DNA of 64,000 nt, from the IMG/VR virus record IMGVR_UViG_3300025730_000007, positions 1 to 64,000 of that record. The stretch is one strand, 5' to 3'. This DNA comes from a virus. Taxonomy: Duplodnaviria > Caudoviricetes. Shown one piece after another: positions 37,265 to 46,057 of this stretch (positions within the stretch are counted from its first letter, which is position 1; the number at the start of each line of letters is the position of its first letter). Both the position numbers and the translations under genes were made by a program. The notes beneath the pieces are model-generated. The model did no database searches, had not been told where the DNA came from, and saw nothing but the letters and a program-made list of their open reading frames with translations.

Positions 37265-39378
37265 ACGAGCCCCTAGCCGACATCATCCCCTTCATGCAGG
37301 TCACTACCGACTTCAGCCGGTATGGCTTCAGCGACAACGCATCTAACTTCCGCGCAACGCGCGTCGTGGACAGTGTGCGGTGGAAGGAGATGGAGCGTTG
37401 GCAGCGATACTTTGAGTGCAAGCAACACGATGCCAAGCGCTACGACTTCGACGGGCGGCTCATGGCTCCTCGTGCTGTCGGTAGCGGGTATTCCCAACCG
37501 CTCATCAGCGCCGAGCGTGCGACGTGGTATGTCCCTCTGAGAGCGCGCAAGCCGTCTACCCCCTACCGCATCGGTCGCCGCATCGTGCTCAGTTTCACAA
37601 GCATGGTGTTCGGTGAGAGTCGTTGGCCCGATGTGGTGGTCAATGGGGACACTGACGCGCAGGAGTTCCTCAACGCGCTAGTCGAGGAGACTGGACTACC
37701 GACCAAGATGATCCAACTCCGCAACATCGGCGGCTCGGTTGGCACGGCGGGACTGTCGTGGTGCTATCACAACGGGGTTCCCAACGTCGAAGTCCACAAC
37801 GGCAAGGGCATCATTGTCCACGAGTGGGCAGACAGGGCGAAGCTACGCCCGAAGCATGTCACTGAGGTGTACCGCTACGAGCGTGACCATTGGGATGCAA
37901 AGAGGCGTTCCTACGTGCGTGAGCTATGGTGGCATCGGCAGGACTGGACCGAGGTTGCCGACGTGGTGTTCAAGGAGTGCAAGGTCGAAGGCAACAACGA
38001 GCCAAGGTGGGAGGTCGATGAGGAACTGACTACCATCCACAATGACGGCTTCTGCCACTTCGTCTACGTGCAGAACATCCCGCCCATTGACGGCGTGGAC
38101 GGGTTGCCCGACTGCGACGGAGTGTGGGATCAGATGGACACGCTCGACATCCTGGTCAGTATCCTCGCCCGTGGTGGGGTACTCAATCTCGACCCGACAC
38201 TGAAGCTCAAGATGGACCCCGAGCTTGTCGAGATGGCGTTCGTGCGCAAGGGTAGCGACAACGCGCTAGTGACCGGCGAGACGGGCGACGCGAGCTACAT
38301 GGAACTCGCGGGGAGCAGCATCACGGCGGGTATCTCACTGATGCAGATGCTACGCGTGCAGACGTTGGAGAGTACGGAGTGTGTCATTCCCGACCCCGAC
38401 AAGGTTGCGGCGGCAGGAACGAGCAGCGTGGCACTCAAGATGGTCTATGCCCCCATGCTCTCCAAGTGCGACCTACTGCGTGACCAGTATGGCAAAGCTC
38501 TGCGCGAGCTACTGAGGCAGATGCTTGTCGTGGCCCAACGCATCTACAAGCCACGTCTCGAAACACGCAACGGGGAGGACGGCACTGACGAAGAGGTGGA
38601 GGTCACTGGCTTCATCCACCTCCAGCCGAAGGTGATTGTCGAGCCAGTGTTCGACGAGGACGGCGAGGAGACTGACGAAGAGTCTGTCACCATGGAGCCG
38701 CATACGCCGGGAACGTCGAGCTACATCGAACTCAGTTGGGGGCCATACTTCCGCCCGACTGCGGATGACCAGCAGAAGACGGTATCGACACTCACACAAG
38801 GCACGGGGGGCAAGGCTGTTCTGTCGCAGAAGACTGCGGTGGAGTTGCTCGCGGGGCTCATCAGTCGCGACCCGTCGAAGATGCTCGACGAACTCTACAA
38901 GGAACAGGATGCCGAAGCCGAGAAGCGCAAGGCATTGATGGACAGCATGGGTGGGCAACCCGGCCAACCCGTCGAGCCGATGGAGCACGAGGACGAGACT
39001 GAGGAGCAAGAGACTGAGACAGAGCAACCCCCGGTCCAGGCAAGCGAGGCCAAGGTGGAAGTCACTGGCGAGGAGCCAGTCGTCATCGACGAAGCCGGCC
39101 AAGCCCCACCCCCTCCAGCGAAGGAGGTCAGCGTGACACTGACTGCCACCGACGTCGCCAACATCGTCACCGTCAACGAGGCTCGCGCTTCGCAAGGGCT
39201 CGGGCCGTTGCTGCTCGCCAACGGGGAGCCCGACCCGGACGGCAACCTCATGGTCAGCGAGTTCAAGGCGAAGCGAGCCGCCATGATTGCGATGGTGGCA
39301 GGGGCCGAGCAGGGGCAAGCCCCCGGCGAGGAGCCACCCCCCGACCAAGGTGGGTTCGGGGGAGGCTTCGGAGGCTAA
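37261..39378 (+). CDS. Portal protein
   Basis: 705 aa upstream of gpF-like gene; FVYVQN, LAGSSI...ESTEC.IPDP..V...SSVALK pattern; acidic tail. Confidence 0.8.
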   Translation: MNEPLADIIPFMQVTTDFSRYGFSDNASNFRATRVVDSVRWKEMERWQRYFECKQHDAKRYDFDGRLMAPRAVGSGYSQPLISAERATWYVPLRARKPSTPYRIGRRIVLSFTSMVFGESRWPDVVVNGDTDAQEFLNALVEETGLPTKMIQLRNIGGSVGTAGLSWCYHNGVPNVEVHNGKGIIVHEWADRAKLRPKHVTEVYRYERDHWDAKRRSYVRELWWHRQDWTEVADVVFKECKVEGNNEPRWEVDEELTTIHNDGFCHFVYVQNIPPIDGVDGLPDCDGVWDQMDTLDILVSILARGGVLNLDPTLKLKMDPELVEMAFVRKGSDNALVTGETGDASYMELAGSSITAGISLMQMLRVQTLESTECVIPDPDKVAAAGTSSVALKMVYAPMLSKCDLLRDQYGKALRELLRQMLVVAQRIYKPRLETRNGEDGTDEEVEVTGFIHLQPKVIVEPVFDEDGEETDEESVTMEPHTPGTSSYIELSWGPYFRPTADDQQKTVSTLTQGTGGKAVLSQKTAVELLAGLISRDPSKMLDELYKEQDAEAEKRKALMDSMGGQPGQPVEPMEHEDETEEQETETEQPPVQASEAKVEVTGEEPVVIDEAGQAPPPPAKEVSVTLTATDVANIVTVNEARASQGLGPLLLANGEPDPDGNLMVSEFKAKRAAMIAMVAGAEQGQAPGEEPPPDQGGFGGGFGG

Positions 39379-39381
39379 CCC

Positions 39382-41469
39382 ATGGCCGGCCCCAAGCGGC
39401 CCACCAGAGGCTCGGCAGGCTCCCCGGCCCCCCAACCCCCGGCCAAGCCTGCCAAGCCTCCTAGCCCCCGAACACGAGCCGGCAAGCCGGCGAAGCCGGG
39501 AGGGGTGGCAACCCCTGCCACGGTTCGCACGGAGCAAGCCAAGGAGCGTGTCATTCGGGCGACCATTCTCAATCGTCAGCAAGCGTTCACCTATGCCAAC
39601 CAAGTCGGAGTAGACCGGGTGGTCAGTGTGCTACGTCGGGCCATGGCTGACTTGGAGCTACGCCTCGCCACGGTTCCCCGCTCGCTCATTGTCGAGGGGG
39701 CATTCACCCCGACTGCCATGCGGGCGACAATGCATCAGATCGAAGACCTCATTGCCGAGTTGGTTGTGCCAGGGGTGAGGGGCGCAGTCATCGACAGCAA
39801 GCGAGTCGCCGCTGCTCTAGGCAAGGTCGACGGGTTGCGCAATCTGGTCGAGATGGATACCCGCTTTGCTGGCATCGTCTCGACCGCGCGTCTCGGCATT
39901 GCCTCCCAGCTTGACCCGTACGGCAAGGGGCCGAACGCCTCAGTGCTCAGACGCCTTGCTACCGAGTACCCCAAGGAGGCTCCCGGCAAGGGCATCATGG
40001 AGCGCTATGGCATGGAGGTGATTGGCAAGTTTGAGGAGCGGCTCATGGTGGCGACCATCAGCGGCAAGCCGTGGACTGAGGTACGGGAAGACCTCATTAG
40101 CGAGTCTCAGTGGTTGGAGGAGAGCCCCATGTTCTGGGCTCAACGTATCGTTCGCACGGAATGCTTTACAGGGGACTCAATCGTGTCGTCTGCGATGGTG
40201 AGGGCAGTCTACAGACGGTGGTATGAGGGGGAGATTGTGAAAGTTAGAACTCGTGGTGGACGCGAGTTCTCCGCAACCCCTAATCACCCGATGCTGACGG
40301 AACGAGGGTGGCTTGCGGCGCATCAACTCAAGGTGGGAGATAACTTGGTCTGCCACTCGTGGAATGAGGACTTTGGTTCTGCGGGAGATCAAGATGTAGC
40401 AGGAAGACCAGCCACGATGGCTGAGGTATTCAATGCGGCGGCAACAATAGGGGTCATTGAACGGAGACGTGGAGGAAAGCCAGACTTCCACGGCGATGGG
40501 ATGGAGGGCAATGTCAATATTGCGCGTCCCACAAGGCTCTTGGGGGTGGGGGAATTCACCCCTGTCACGGAGCCATTGTGTCACAAGGTCTTCACCCCAA
40601 CCGACAAGTCTGCTCTTGCCTTCTGCCCCTCGTGTGGTGGCTTGCTCCCTGTCGATGAGACTTCTCACTTGTGCGGGACTCCTGAGTTCAACGCCATTGC
40701 GTTCGAGTCTTGCGGTGATGGCTCTGTTGGAGACACCCAAGCTGGAAGCGATGTGGCTCAAGGGTTCCCCGGACTCGTAGCGAGTCACTATGCTACGCTC
40801 GTCGAGGGGGATGGTTCGGGGGTGTCCAATGACGGCAAAGCGGTTGGTTGCGGCTTCACTTCTAGTTCGCAAGAGCCCCTCAACAATGAGCGCCTTTCTG
40901 AGACGGAACCTACCAATCCCGCATTGAAGGCTGGCGGAATCGAGGCTCTCCCCGTTGGCGTAGAGGTGGATAGCATTGTTGAGATTGTCATCGAGGACTT
41001 TGCGGGTCATGTCTACAACCTTACAACTCCGCACGGGTACTATGCAATCAATGGTATCTACACCGGCAATTGTATGGGAGCATACAACCGAAGCATCCTT
41101 GAGAACGGCGAGGAGGCCAACGACATCGTGGGCGGCGACATGGTGAAGATCCTTGTCGCCGGCTTCGACGACCGTACGGGGTGGGATAGCTATCAGGTTC
41201 ACGGACAGATACGTAGGCTGGACGAGCCGTTTGAGTGGGTGACTAAGAACGGTGAGACTATTGCTTACATGACTCCACCCAATCGGCCCAACGACCGGGA
41301 GGTGGTAGTCTTCCACCGCGTTGCGTGGGAGATACCCGAGGAGCTTCAGCCCGTGCCCGACGCGGTGTACGAGGCGCGGTTTGCGGAGCAGAACAAGAAG
41401 GGCAGTCCACCCGAGCGTCCGAAGATGACTACTGTTCCGCTTGGATTGTTTGGCAAGGAGAGCGCGTGA
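39382..41469 (+). CDS. Mu gpF-like head morphogenesis protein interrupted by an intein
   Basis: Exteins RIVRTE|CMGAYN, FDDRTGWDS, PPNRPNDRE; located after portal. Confidence 0.9.
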   Translation: MAGPKRPTRGSAGSPAPQPPAKPAKPPSPRTRAGKPAKPGGVATPATVRTEQAKERVIRATILNRQQAFTYANQVGVDRVVSVLRRAMADLELRLATVPRSLIVEGAFTPTAMRATMHQIEDLIAELVVPGVRGAVIDSKRVAAALGKVDGLRNLVEMDTRFAGIVSTARLGIASQLDPYGKGPNASVLRRLATEYPKEAPGKGIMERYGMEVIGKFEERLMVATISGKPWTEVREDLISESQWLEESPMFWAQRIVRTECFTGDSIVSSAMVRAVYRRWYEGEIVKVRTRGGREFSATPNHPMLTERGWLAAHQLKVGDNLVCHSWNEDFGSAGDQDVAGRPATMAEVFNAAATIGVIERRRGGKPDFHGDGMEGNVNIARPTRLLGVGEFTPVTEPLCHKVFTPTDKSALAFCPSCGGLLPVDETSHLCGTPEFNAIAFESCGDGSVGDTQAGSDVAQGFPGLVASHYATLVEGDGSGVSNDGKAVGCGFTSSSQEPLNNERLSETEPTNPALKAGGIEALPVGVEVDSIVEIVIEDFAGHVYNLTTPHGYYAINGIYTGNCMGAYNRSILENGEEANDIVGGDMVKILVAGFDDRTGWDSYQVHGQIRRLDEPFEWVTKNGETIAYMTPPNRPNDREVVVFHRVAWEIPEELQPVPDAVYEARFAEQNKKGSPPERPKMTTVPLGLFGKESA
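40162..41070 (+). mobile_element. Intein (303 aa, Cys261-Asn563, +1 Cys)
   Basis: Block A CFTGDS, block B FSATPNHPML, GW..A..LKVGD, block F GHVYNLTT, block G YYAINGIYTGN/C; AT-richer than flanks. Confidence 0.95.
40177..41010 (-). CDS. Antisense nested HTH-HTH-Vsr/DUF559-like endonuclease (putative homing endonuclease, 277 aa)
   Basis: ATG 41010 preceded by TAAGGT SD; two HTH repeats (AIHLYANGESLDSASLQCGIGRFRLRKAL; IVTRYESGEPLSHIASSLGVSNRAITARL); nuclease GEDLVTQWL..Q...NIDIAL...AVEV...RIEYLSHRGW. Confidence 0.85.
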   Translation of the reverse strand: MTRKVLDDNLNNAIHLYANGESLDSASLQCGIGRFRLRKALIVEGLLRTRSEAATNRFAVIGHPRTIPLDERSIVTRYESGEPLSHIASSLGVSNRAITARLERNGVELRSPAQVRSLIDREQATTRGAEGKSRLVGWGEDLVTQWLRDRGEFPHPQEPCGTRNIDIALHPIAVEVWLSSTSPFNDPYCCRRIEYLSHRGWSSCYILISRRTKVLIPRVADQVISHLELMRRKPPSFRQHRVIRGCGELASTTSSNFHNLPLIPPSVDCPHHRRRHD

Positions 41470-41471
41470 CA

Positions 41472-41489
41472 CCGCAACACGTATTGCGG
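41472..41489 (+). repeat. 18-bp quasi-palindrome copy 16
   Basis: 2 nt after gpF stop. Confidence 0.98.
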
Positions 41490-41494
41490 TGGAG

Positions 41495-41523
41495 TTGAAC
41501 CAACCCCGACACCCTGATAGGCT
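41495..41523 (+). promoter_or_regulatory. Sigma70-like promoter TTGAAC-N17-TAGGCT
   Basis: Starts 5 nt after an 18-bp repeat copy, upstream of head genes. Confidence 0.45.
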
Positions 41524-41553
41524 TGCACTATGGCAAAGAAAGAAGGAGGCTAT

Positions 41554-41697
41554 ATGGGCTTTGACAAGCTCACTGAGAGCCTCAAAGAAAAGGGCCACGA
41601 CGAGGACAGCGCGAAGGCACTCGCCGCTTGGATTGGGCGGAAGAAGTATGGTGCGAGTCAGATGGCGCAGATGGCGCAAGCTGGCAAGAAGGGGTGA
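41554..41697 (+). CDS. Small head-region protein (47 aa)
   Basis: AGGAGG RBS; MGFDKLTESLKEKGHDEDSAKALAAWIGRKKYG... Confidence 0.7.
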   Translation: MGFDKLTESLKEKGHDEDSAKALAAWIGRKKYGASQMAQMAQAGKKG

Positions 41698-41700
41698 GTC

Positions 41701-41922
41701 ATGCCGTTCAAGAACATGCAAGAACCCAAAGTCACCAACGGTCCAGTCGACACCACTGAGGGCCGCGAGGGATACGGTAGCGAGTTCGACATGATGGAGG
41801 AGCAACTCGACTACCAGCAGAGCGACCCGAACTGGCGAGCGGACGAGAAGGGGAGGCCGACCAGTGAGCCAATCGCCTACGAGGATGTCGGAGGACGAAA
41901 GTCCTTCAAGCTCAATCAGTGA
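41701..41922 (+). CDS. Small acidic head-region protein
   Basis: ORF follows the previous stop codon. Confidence 0.6.
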   Translation: MPFKNMQEPKVTNGPVDTTEGREGYGSEFDMMEEQLDYQQSDPNWRADEKGRPTSEPIAYEDVGGRKSFKLNQ

Positions 41923-42143
41923 GCCCCTCCGCAAGTGGCTCCACCGTAGTCGCTCCAACGCTACAGCGTTGTTCCGCAGGTTGGGTGAAGAGGCCAAGAC
42001 ACCGCTCGACGCCTATGAGCACTTGAGACGCCGCTTGACGGGAGATGAACCGGGAGGCACTATCTCGAAACGTGTTGTCGCTCAACTTGAACGCAGCGAA
42101 CGCGCGTACAAGGGATGGGAGACAAGGTGGAGCAAGGAGCAGA

Positions 42144-42326
42144 ATGATGGAGAACGACCGCAAGCAGATGAACGACCCGAAGGATGACGTCAACCCCAAG
42201 TTCGTTCCCGAAGGTGGGGATTGCTTGTGCGACGCAATCGACGAGCATGTGAAGGAGTACCACGACGGCGACGAGTCAGCGGTCGGCAGTCTCCAGAACA
42301 CGCATGTTCCCTTCAAGGTGAAGTGA
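42144..42326 (+). CDS. Small acidic head-region protein
   Basis: AAGGAG RBS then ATG 42144. Confidence 0.6.
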   Translation: MMENDRKQMNDPKDDVNPKFVPEGGDCLCDAIDEHVKEYHDGDESAVGSLQNTHVPFKVK

Positions 42327-42336
42327 GGTCGAAGCC

Positions 42337-42750
42337 ATGGGCCAGACGCGACTCGATGCCAGCCTGAGCGCTGGACCGCCGAATGCAGGGGAGTCGGTCT
42401 TCCCTGGCACGACTGCGAACATCCCTGTCAACCTCACTCCCAATCCCAAGAACTGGCAACACGCGACCGGCGTGCTCACCCGCGTTGTCAACGTGGCGAC
42501 TCCCGCTTGGCTCACCCTCGACGGGGTGGGCGCGACTGCCACCATCAGCGAGTGCGGCTTGCTCTACTTCCGGTCGAGTGCACCCCTCAATCTGCGGATC
42601 ACCCAGACGGTTGCCGGGGTAGGCTCCGTCGTAACCGAACACCGAGTCTATGGCTTGTTCATCTGGGAGCCCCCGGAGAGCGAGCCCCTCACTCTGCTTG
42701 AAGTGCAAGGCAACGGAACAATCGAATACTTCGCTCAGGGCCAGCGCTGA
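42337..42750 (+). CDS. Putative virion structural protein
   Basis: Beta-rich 137 aa in the head module. Confidence 0.6.
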   Translation: MGQTRLDASLSAGPPNAGESVFPGTTANIPVNLTPNPKNWQHATGVLTRVVNVATPAWLTLDGVGATATISECGLLYFRSSAPLNLRITQTVAGVGSVVTEHRVYGLFIWEPPESEPLTLLEVQGNGTIEYFAQGQR

Positions 42751-42789
42751 CACCCTCCCTGACCAAGTGCTCAAAGAGAGGATAGTCCA

Positions 42790-43437
42790 ATGACCGAGAA
42801 GCTCCGCGATTCACTCAACCGCTCGGACCCCAACGTGGCTCACGACATCTTCCGCACCCTCAAGTTCGGCAACGTGCTGACCGGGTTGCGTCGGGTGGTT
42901 CGGGGGCAGAACGCGGTGACGGGCGACACCATCGTTCTCCCCAACATGGCGAAGGCCGAGCGCGTGCTCAGTGCCTATGCCCGAGCCGGCGCAGGAACTC
43001 CCGGCCCCCTCACCGTCAGTGCAACCCCGGCGACCCCCGGAGTGGGCGAGGTGGGTTGGGGCGCGACGGGCGACATCCTCTTCAATGCAGCGGATGACTG
43101 GACGAACGTCGATGTCGAGTACGAGCCGGTCGTCAATGTGGCGGAGTTGGAGTTGGAGGGCTTCCCCGTGGTCGCCGACACTCTCACCCTCCCGGCGACT
43201 GCCGTGCAAGCCGTGATGCTCCTGCTCGTCACGGGGTATACCGCGCTCGGTGTGGCGACGCAGAAGACCGTGCTCGCCGCCGGAAGCGTCCCTGCCGCCG
43301 GTCAGTGCGCGCTCGATGCGGCGAAGGCGACCATCGCGTTCAACGCGGCGGATGCCGTGGTGCGTGCCGATGTGACCATGCTCAAGTCCGGTGTCGACAT
43401 CGGTGTTCCGCTGGAGGCACTGAGCACCTTCATCTGA
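42790..43437 (+). CDS. Putative virion/head decoration protein
   Basis: GAGG RBS; Ala/Val/Thr/Gly-rich with internal TPGVGE / VPAAGQ repeat. Confidence 0.55.
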   Translation: MTEKLRDSLNRSDPNVAHDIFRTLKFGNVLTGLRRVVRGQNAVTGDTIVLPNMAKAERVLSAYARAGAGTPGPLTVSATPATPGVGEVGWGATGDILFNAADDWTNVDVEYEPVVNVAELELEGFPVVADTLTLPATAVQAVMLLLVTGYTALGVATQKTVLAAGSVPAAGQCALDAAKATIAFNAADAVVRADVTMLKSGVDIGVPLEALSTFI

Positions 43438-43531
43438 TCGAGAACTACGACCTAGCGGTAGCCTCACGTCCACGAGGACGGGCAGAGAGAGTGAGGCAGA
43501 GGGGGAGGTGGTTCACCCCTTCAAGTCTGCA

Positions 43532-43549
43532 CCGCAATACGTGTTGCGG
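43532..43549 (-). repeat. 18-bp quasi-palindrome copy 17 (reverse)
   Basis: Upstream of scaffold; stem extended TGCACCGCAA/TTGCGGTGCA. Confidence 0.98.
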
Positions 43550-43575
43550 TGCATTGCCACGTTCGGGAGGCCGAC

Positions 43576-44463
43576 ATGCCAGGAGCAGAAGACGACACCA
43601 CTATCAACCAAGACCAGACTCAAGAACCGAAGGGGGCAGAGGGCACCCCGGAGTCGAAGGGGGCAGAGGGCACCCCGGAGCCGAAGGGGGCAGACGGAGA
43701 CGATGCTGGTAAGGGCAAGGGGGCAGAGGTCAAGAAGCCCGAAGGGGATGCCGATGACTCCAAGCCCGAGACTCGCAAGGCGGCAGACGGGGATGACGTC
43801 GATGTCGACGACAAGGGCTCAGTTACTATGCCGTTCTCCTCGTTCCAGAAGCGGCTCACCCGCGCTGCGAACCAAGCAACTCGCACCGCACTCAAGGACA
43901 TCTTCGGCACCGACGACGCCTCGCAGATCAAGAAGCTGGTCAAGCAAGGCAAAGAGGCACAAGCCGCACTCGACAAGACCCGCCGAGAGCAGATGACTGA
44001 GGTCGAGAAGCTCAAGGAGGACAACGAGCGACTGAGGGCGAGGGCGGAGGAAGCAGAGGGCAAGCTCTCCACGTATGAGGAAGACCAGCTTGCCGAGAAG
44101 GGCGAGAAGGTCGTTGCTGGCATTGCTGGCAAGTTCATCAGTGGTGACTACATCGAAGACGCGGTTGCTTCGTATCAGCGTCACTTAGCAAAGATGTCGA
44201 ATGACGAACTCGATGGACTTGGCCCCAAGGATATCGAAGACTGGTTCAAGGACTATGCCGCTCGCAAGCCGGCAATGGCACGCAAGCCGGGAGAGCGGCG
44301 CAAGGTGCAAGAGCCGGCAAGCAACGGCCCCGACCCGGCCAAGAAACCCGAGCCTGCCAAGCCGGGAAGCAACTCCAGCAAGACCCCCCGGCCCAATCAA
44401 CAGAACAGCATGACGAAGCAGGAGTGGGAGGAGTACAAGCGGCAACGCGGCTTGAACTTCTGA
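43576..44463 (+). CDS. Capsid scaffolding protein
   Basis: Acidic disordered N-terminus, coiled coil TEVEKLKED, directly upstream of MCP. Confidence 0.8.
   Translation: MPGAEDDTTINQDQTQEPKGAEGTPESKGAEGTPEPKGADGDDAGKGKGAEVKKPEGDADDSKPETRKAADGDDVDVDDKGSVTMPFSSFQKRLTRAANQATRTALKDIFGTDDASQIKKLVKQGKEAQAALDKTRREQMTEVEKLKEDNERLRARAEEAEGKLSTYEEDQLAEKGEKVVAGIAGKFISGDYIEDAVASYQRHLAKMSNDELDGLGPKDIEDWFKDYAARKPAMARKPGERRKVQEPASNGPDPAKKPEPAKPGSNSSKTPRPNQQNSMTKQEWEEYKRQRGLNF
43628..43696 (+). repeat. 27-bp coding tandem repeat (EPKGAEGTP, about 2.5 copies) in scaffold
   Basis: CGAAGGGGGCAGAGGGCACCCCGGAG units at 43628, 43655, 43682. Confidence 0.9.
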
Positions 44464-44484
44464 TACCCCCCTACGCACAAGCCC

Positions 44485-44514
44485 TTGACCTCGCAATCTG
44501 TGCGGGAGTATCTT
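44485..44514 (+). promoter_or_regulatory. Sigma70-like promoter TTGACC-N18-TATCTT upstream of MCP
   Basis: Located in the intergenic gap 44464-44619. Confidence 0.4.
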
Positions 44515-44619
44515 ATCCGCTACGCCTCAAACCTTTCCCTCCTACGCTCACGACAGCGGTAACAGTCGGCACTCTGGGGAAGACGGCAATCAACCGTTCA
44601 GTCTCTTGGAGGAAACACC

Positions 44620-46011
44620 ATGCCACTCGTCGTCGGAATCCCGCCCGTCATTCTCAATCTCATTCAGGAAGGTGTCTTGGAGCGCGCATTCCACGACGCC
44701 TTGTACCCCAAGCTCCAGTTCCGAGCGGAGGCGCTCGCGGAGGAATGGCCGGCGAACATCGGTACTGAGATGTTCATGACTCGGCCCGGACTCCTCACCC
44801 CGATCACGGAACCCCTCCCGGTCGGCACCGATCCCGTTCCGCAGCAACTCAGCTACGAGCAATGGAGTGCAAGCCTGAAGCGCTACAGCGGGACCATCGA
44901 CACTCACATGCCGACGAGCGTGGTGTCGAACGCCAACCTCTTCCTCAGCAACATCAATCAGCTTGGGCTCCAAGCGGGTCAGTCGGTCAACCGGCTCCCG
45001 CGCAATGCCCTGTTCAAGTCGTACCTGAGCGGGCAGACGCTCACGACGGCGGCAATCGCTGCGGTGGATACGCAGATCCAAGTCGCCTCGTGCAACGGCT
45101 TCTTCGACGTCATTCTGCTCGGCACGAATGCTCGTCCAGAAGCCGTGTCTCCGACTCGCCCGTTGCCCATCACCATCGGAGTCGGCGGCGGAGCCGTCCA
45201 GCGCAACGTCATCGGCGTTGCTCCCGTGGATGCGACTGACCCCTACGGACCGGGGACTCTGTTCCTCGATGCGGCGGTCGGCGCAGTCTTCCCCGCGCGT
45301 ACGCCGGTTCGCAGTGCCTACGCTCCTCGCGTGGTCAGGGCGGGAGGTGGCGCGAGCATCGACGCCATCACCGGAGCGGACATCTTCACGTTCCAACTCA
45401 TCATCAATGCCATGTCCATCCTGCGGTCGAACAACGTTCCTCCGCACTCCGACGGCTTCTACCATTGCCACATGAGTCCGCTGTCGAACGCGCAGATCTT
45501 CAGCGACGTTGCGTGGCAGCGACTCCACACCGGAACCCCGGATCACATCCGGTACAAGGAGGGGTGGATCGGGCAGATCGCGCGCAACGCGTTCTTCGAG
45601 AACAACGAGATTCCGAACCAGTCCAACTCGGGAGCACTGACACCGACCGGCGCGAATGCTCAGTACGCTCGCGGCATCGGCGGCGAAGTGGTCAATGAAG
45701 GTGGCGTGGAGATCGGGCGTCTCATCATGACCGGCAAGGGCTCCATCTACGAGAAGTATCTCGACGAGATGAAGTACGTGACCGAGGCGGGAATGCAGGG
45801 CAAGGTCGGCGAGTTCGACGTGGTGCAGAACGGCATCCAGGTCGGCACCGAGCGCATCCGTCTCTACCTCCGTTCTCCGCAGGACCGACTCGGCGACATC
45901 GTGTCCTCGACGTGGAGCATCTCGACGGACTTCCCCGTGCCGTCCGACATCAGCGGCGGAAGTGGCCCCGAGCGCTACAAGAGAGCCGTAGTCATCGAGC
46001 ATGCCCTATAA
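44620..46011 (+). CDS. Major capsid protein
   Basis: GGAGG RBS; 463 aa after scaffold; YHCHMSP...D, KRAVVIEH C-terminus. Confidence 0.85.
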   Translation: MPLVVGIPPVILNLIQEGVLERAFHDALYPKLQFRAEALAEEWPANIGTEMFMTRPGLLTPITEPLPVGTDPVPQQLSYEQWSASLKRYSGTIDTHMPTSVVSNANLFLSNINQLGLQAGQSVNRLPRNALFKSYLSGQTLTTAAIAAVDTQIQVASCNGFFDVILLGTNARPEAVSPTRPLPITIGVGGGAVQRNVIGVAPVDATDPYGPGTLFLDAAVGAVFPARTPVRSAYAPRVVRAGGGASIDAITGADIFTFQLIINAMSILRSNNVPPHSDGFYHCHMSPLSNAQIFSDVAWQRLHTGTPDHIRYKEGWIGQIARNAFFENNEIPNQSNSGALTPTGANAQYARGIGGEVVNEGGVEIGRLIMTGKGSIYEKYLDEMKYVTEAGMQGKVGEFDVVQNGIQVGTERIRLYLRSPQDRLGDIVSSTWSISTDFPVPSDISGGSGPERYKRAVVIEHAL

Positions 46012-46022
46012 TGCTCGATGAG

Positions 46023-46051
46023 TTTACATCGGCGACAATGCGGTGTAGACT
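46023..46051 (+). promoter_or_regulatory. Sigma70-like promoter TTTACA-N17-TAGACT (leaderless start of HNH)
   Basis: -10 ends just before ATG 46058. Confidence 0.55.
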
Positions 46052-46057
46052 CTGTGC

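Noticed and set aside
41013-41997. Upstream part of the 606-aa minus-strand ORF 40177..41997
   Set aside because: Reads as a shadow of the + strand genes with no motifs. The real antisense gene plausibly starts at ATG 41010, which has an SD and where the HTH begins.
41864-42187. ORF 41864..42187 as a gene
   Set aside because: No convincing start or SD; overlaps neighbours in other frames.
44590-46002. 470-aa minus-strand ORF opposite the MCP (likewise 3077..4393, 7271..8830, 52221..53519)
   Set aside because: Shadow ORFs of strongly biased + strand genes. Unlike the intein case they show no recognisable protein motifs.
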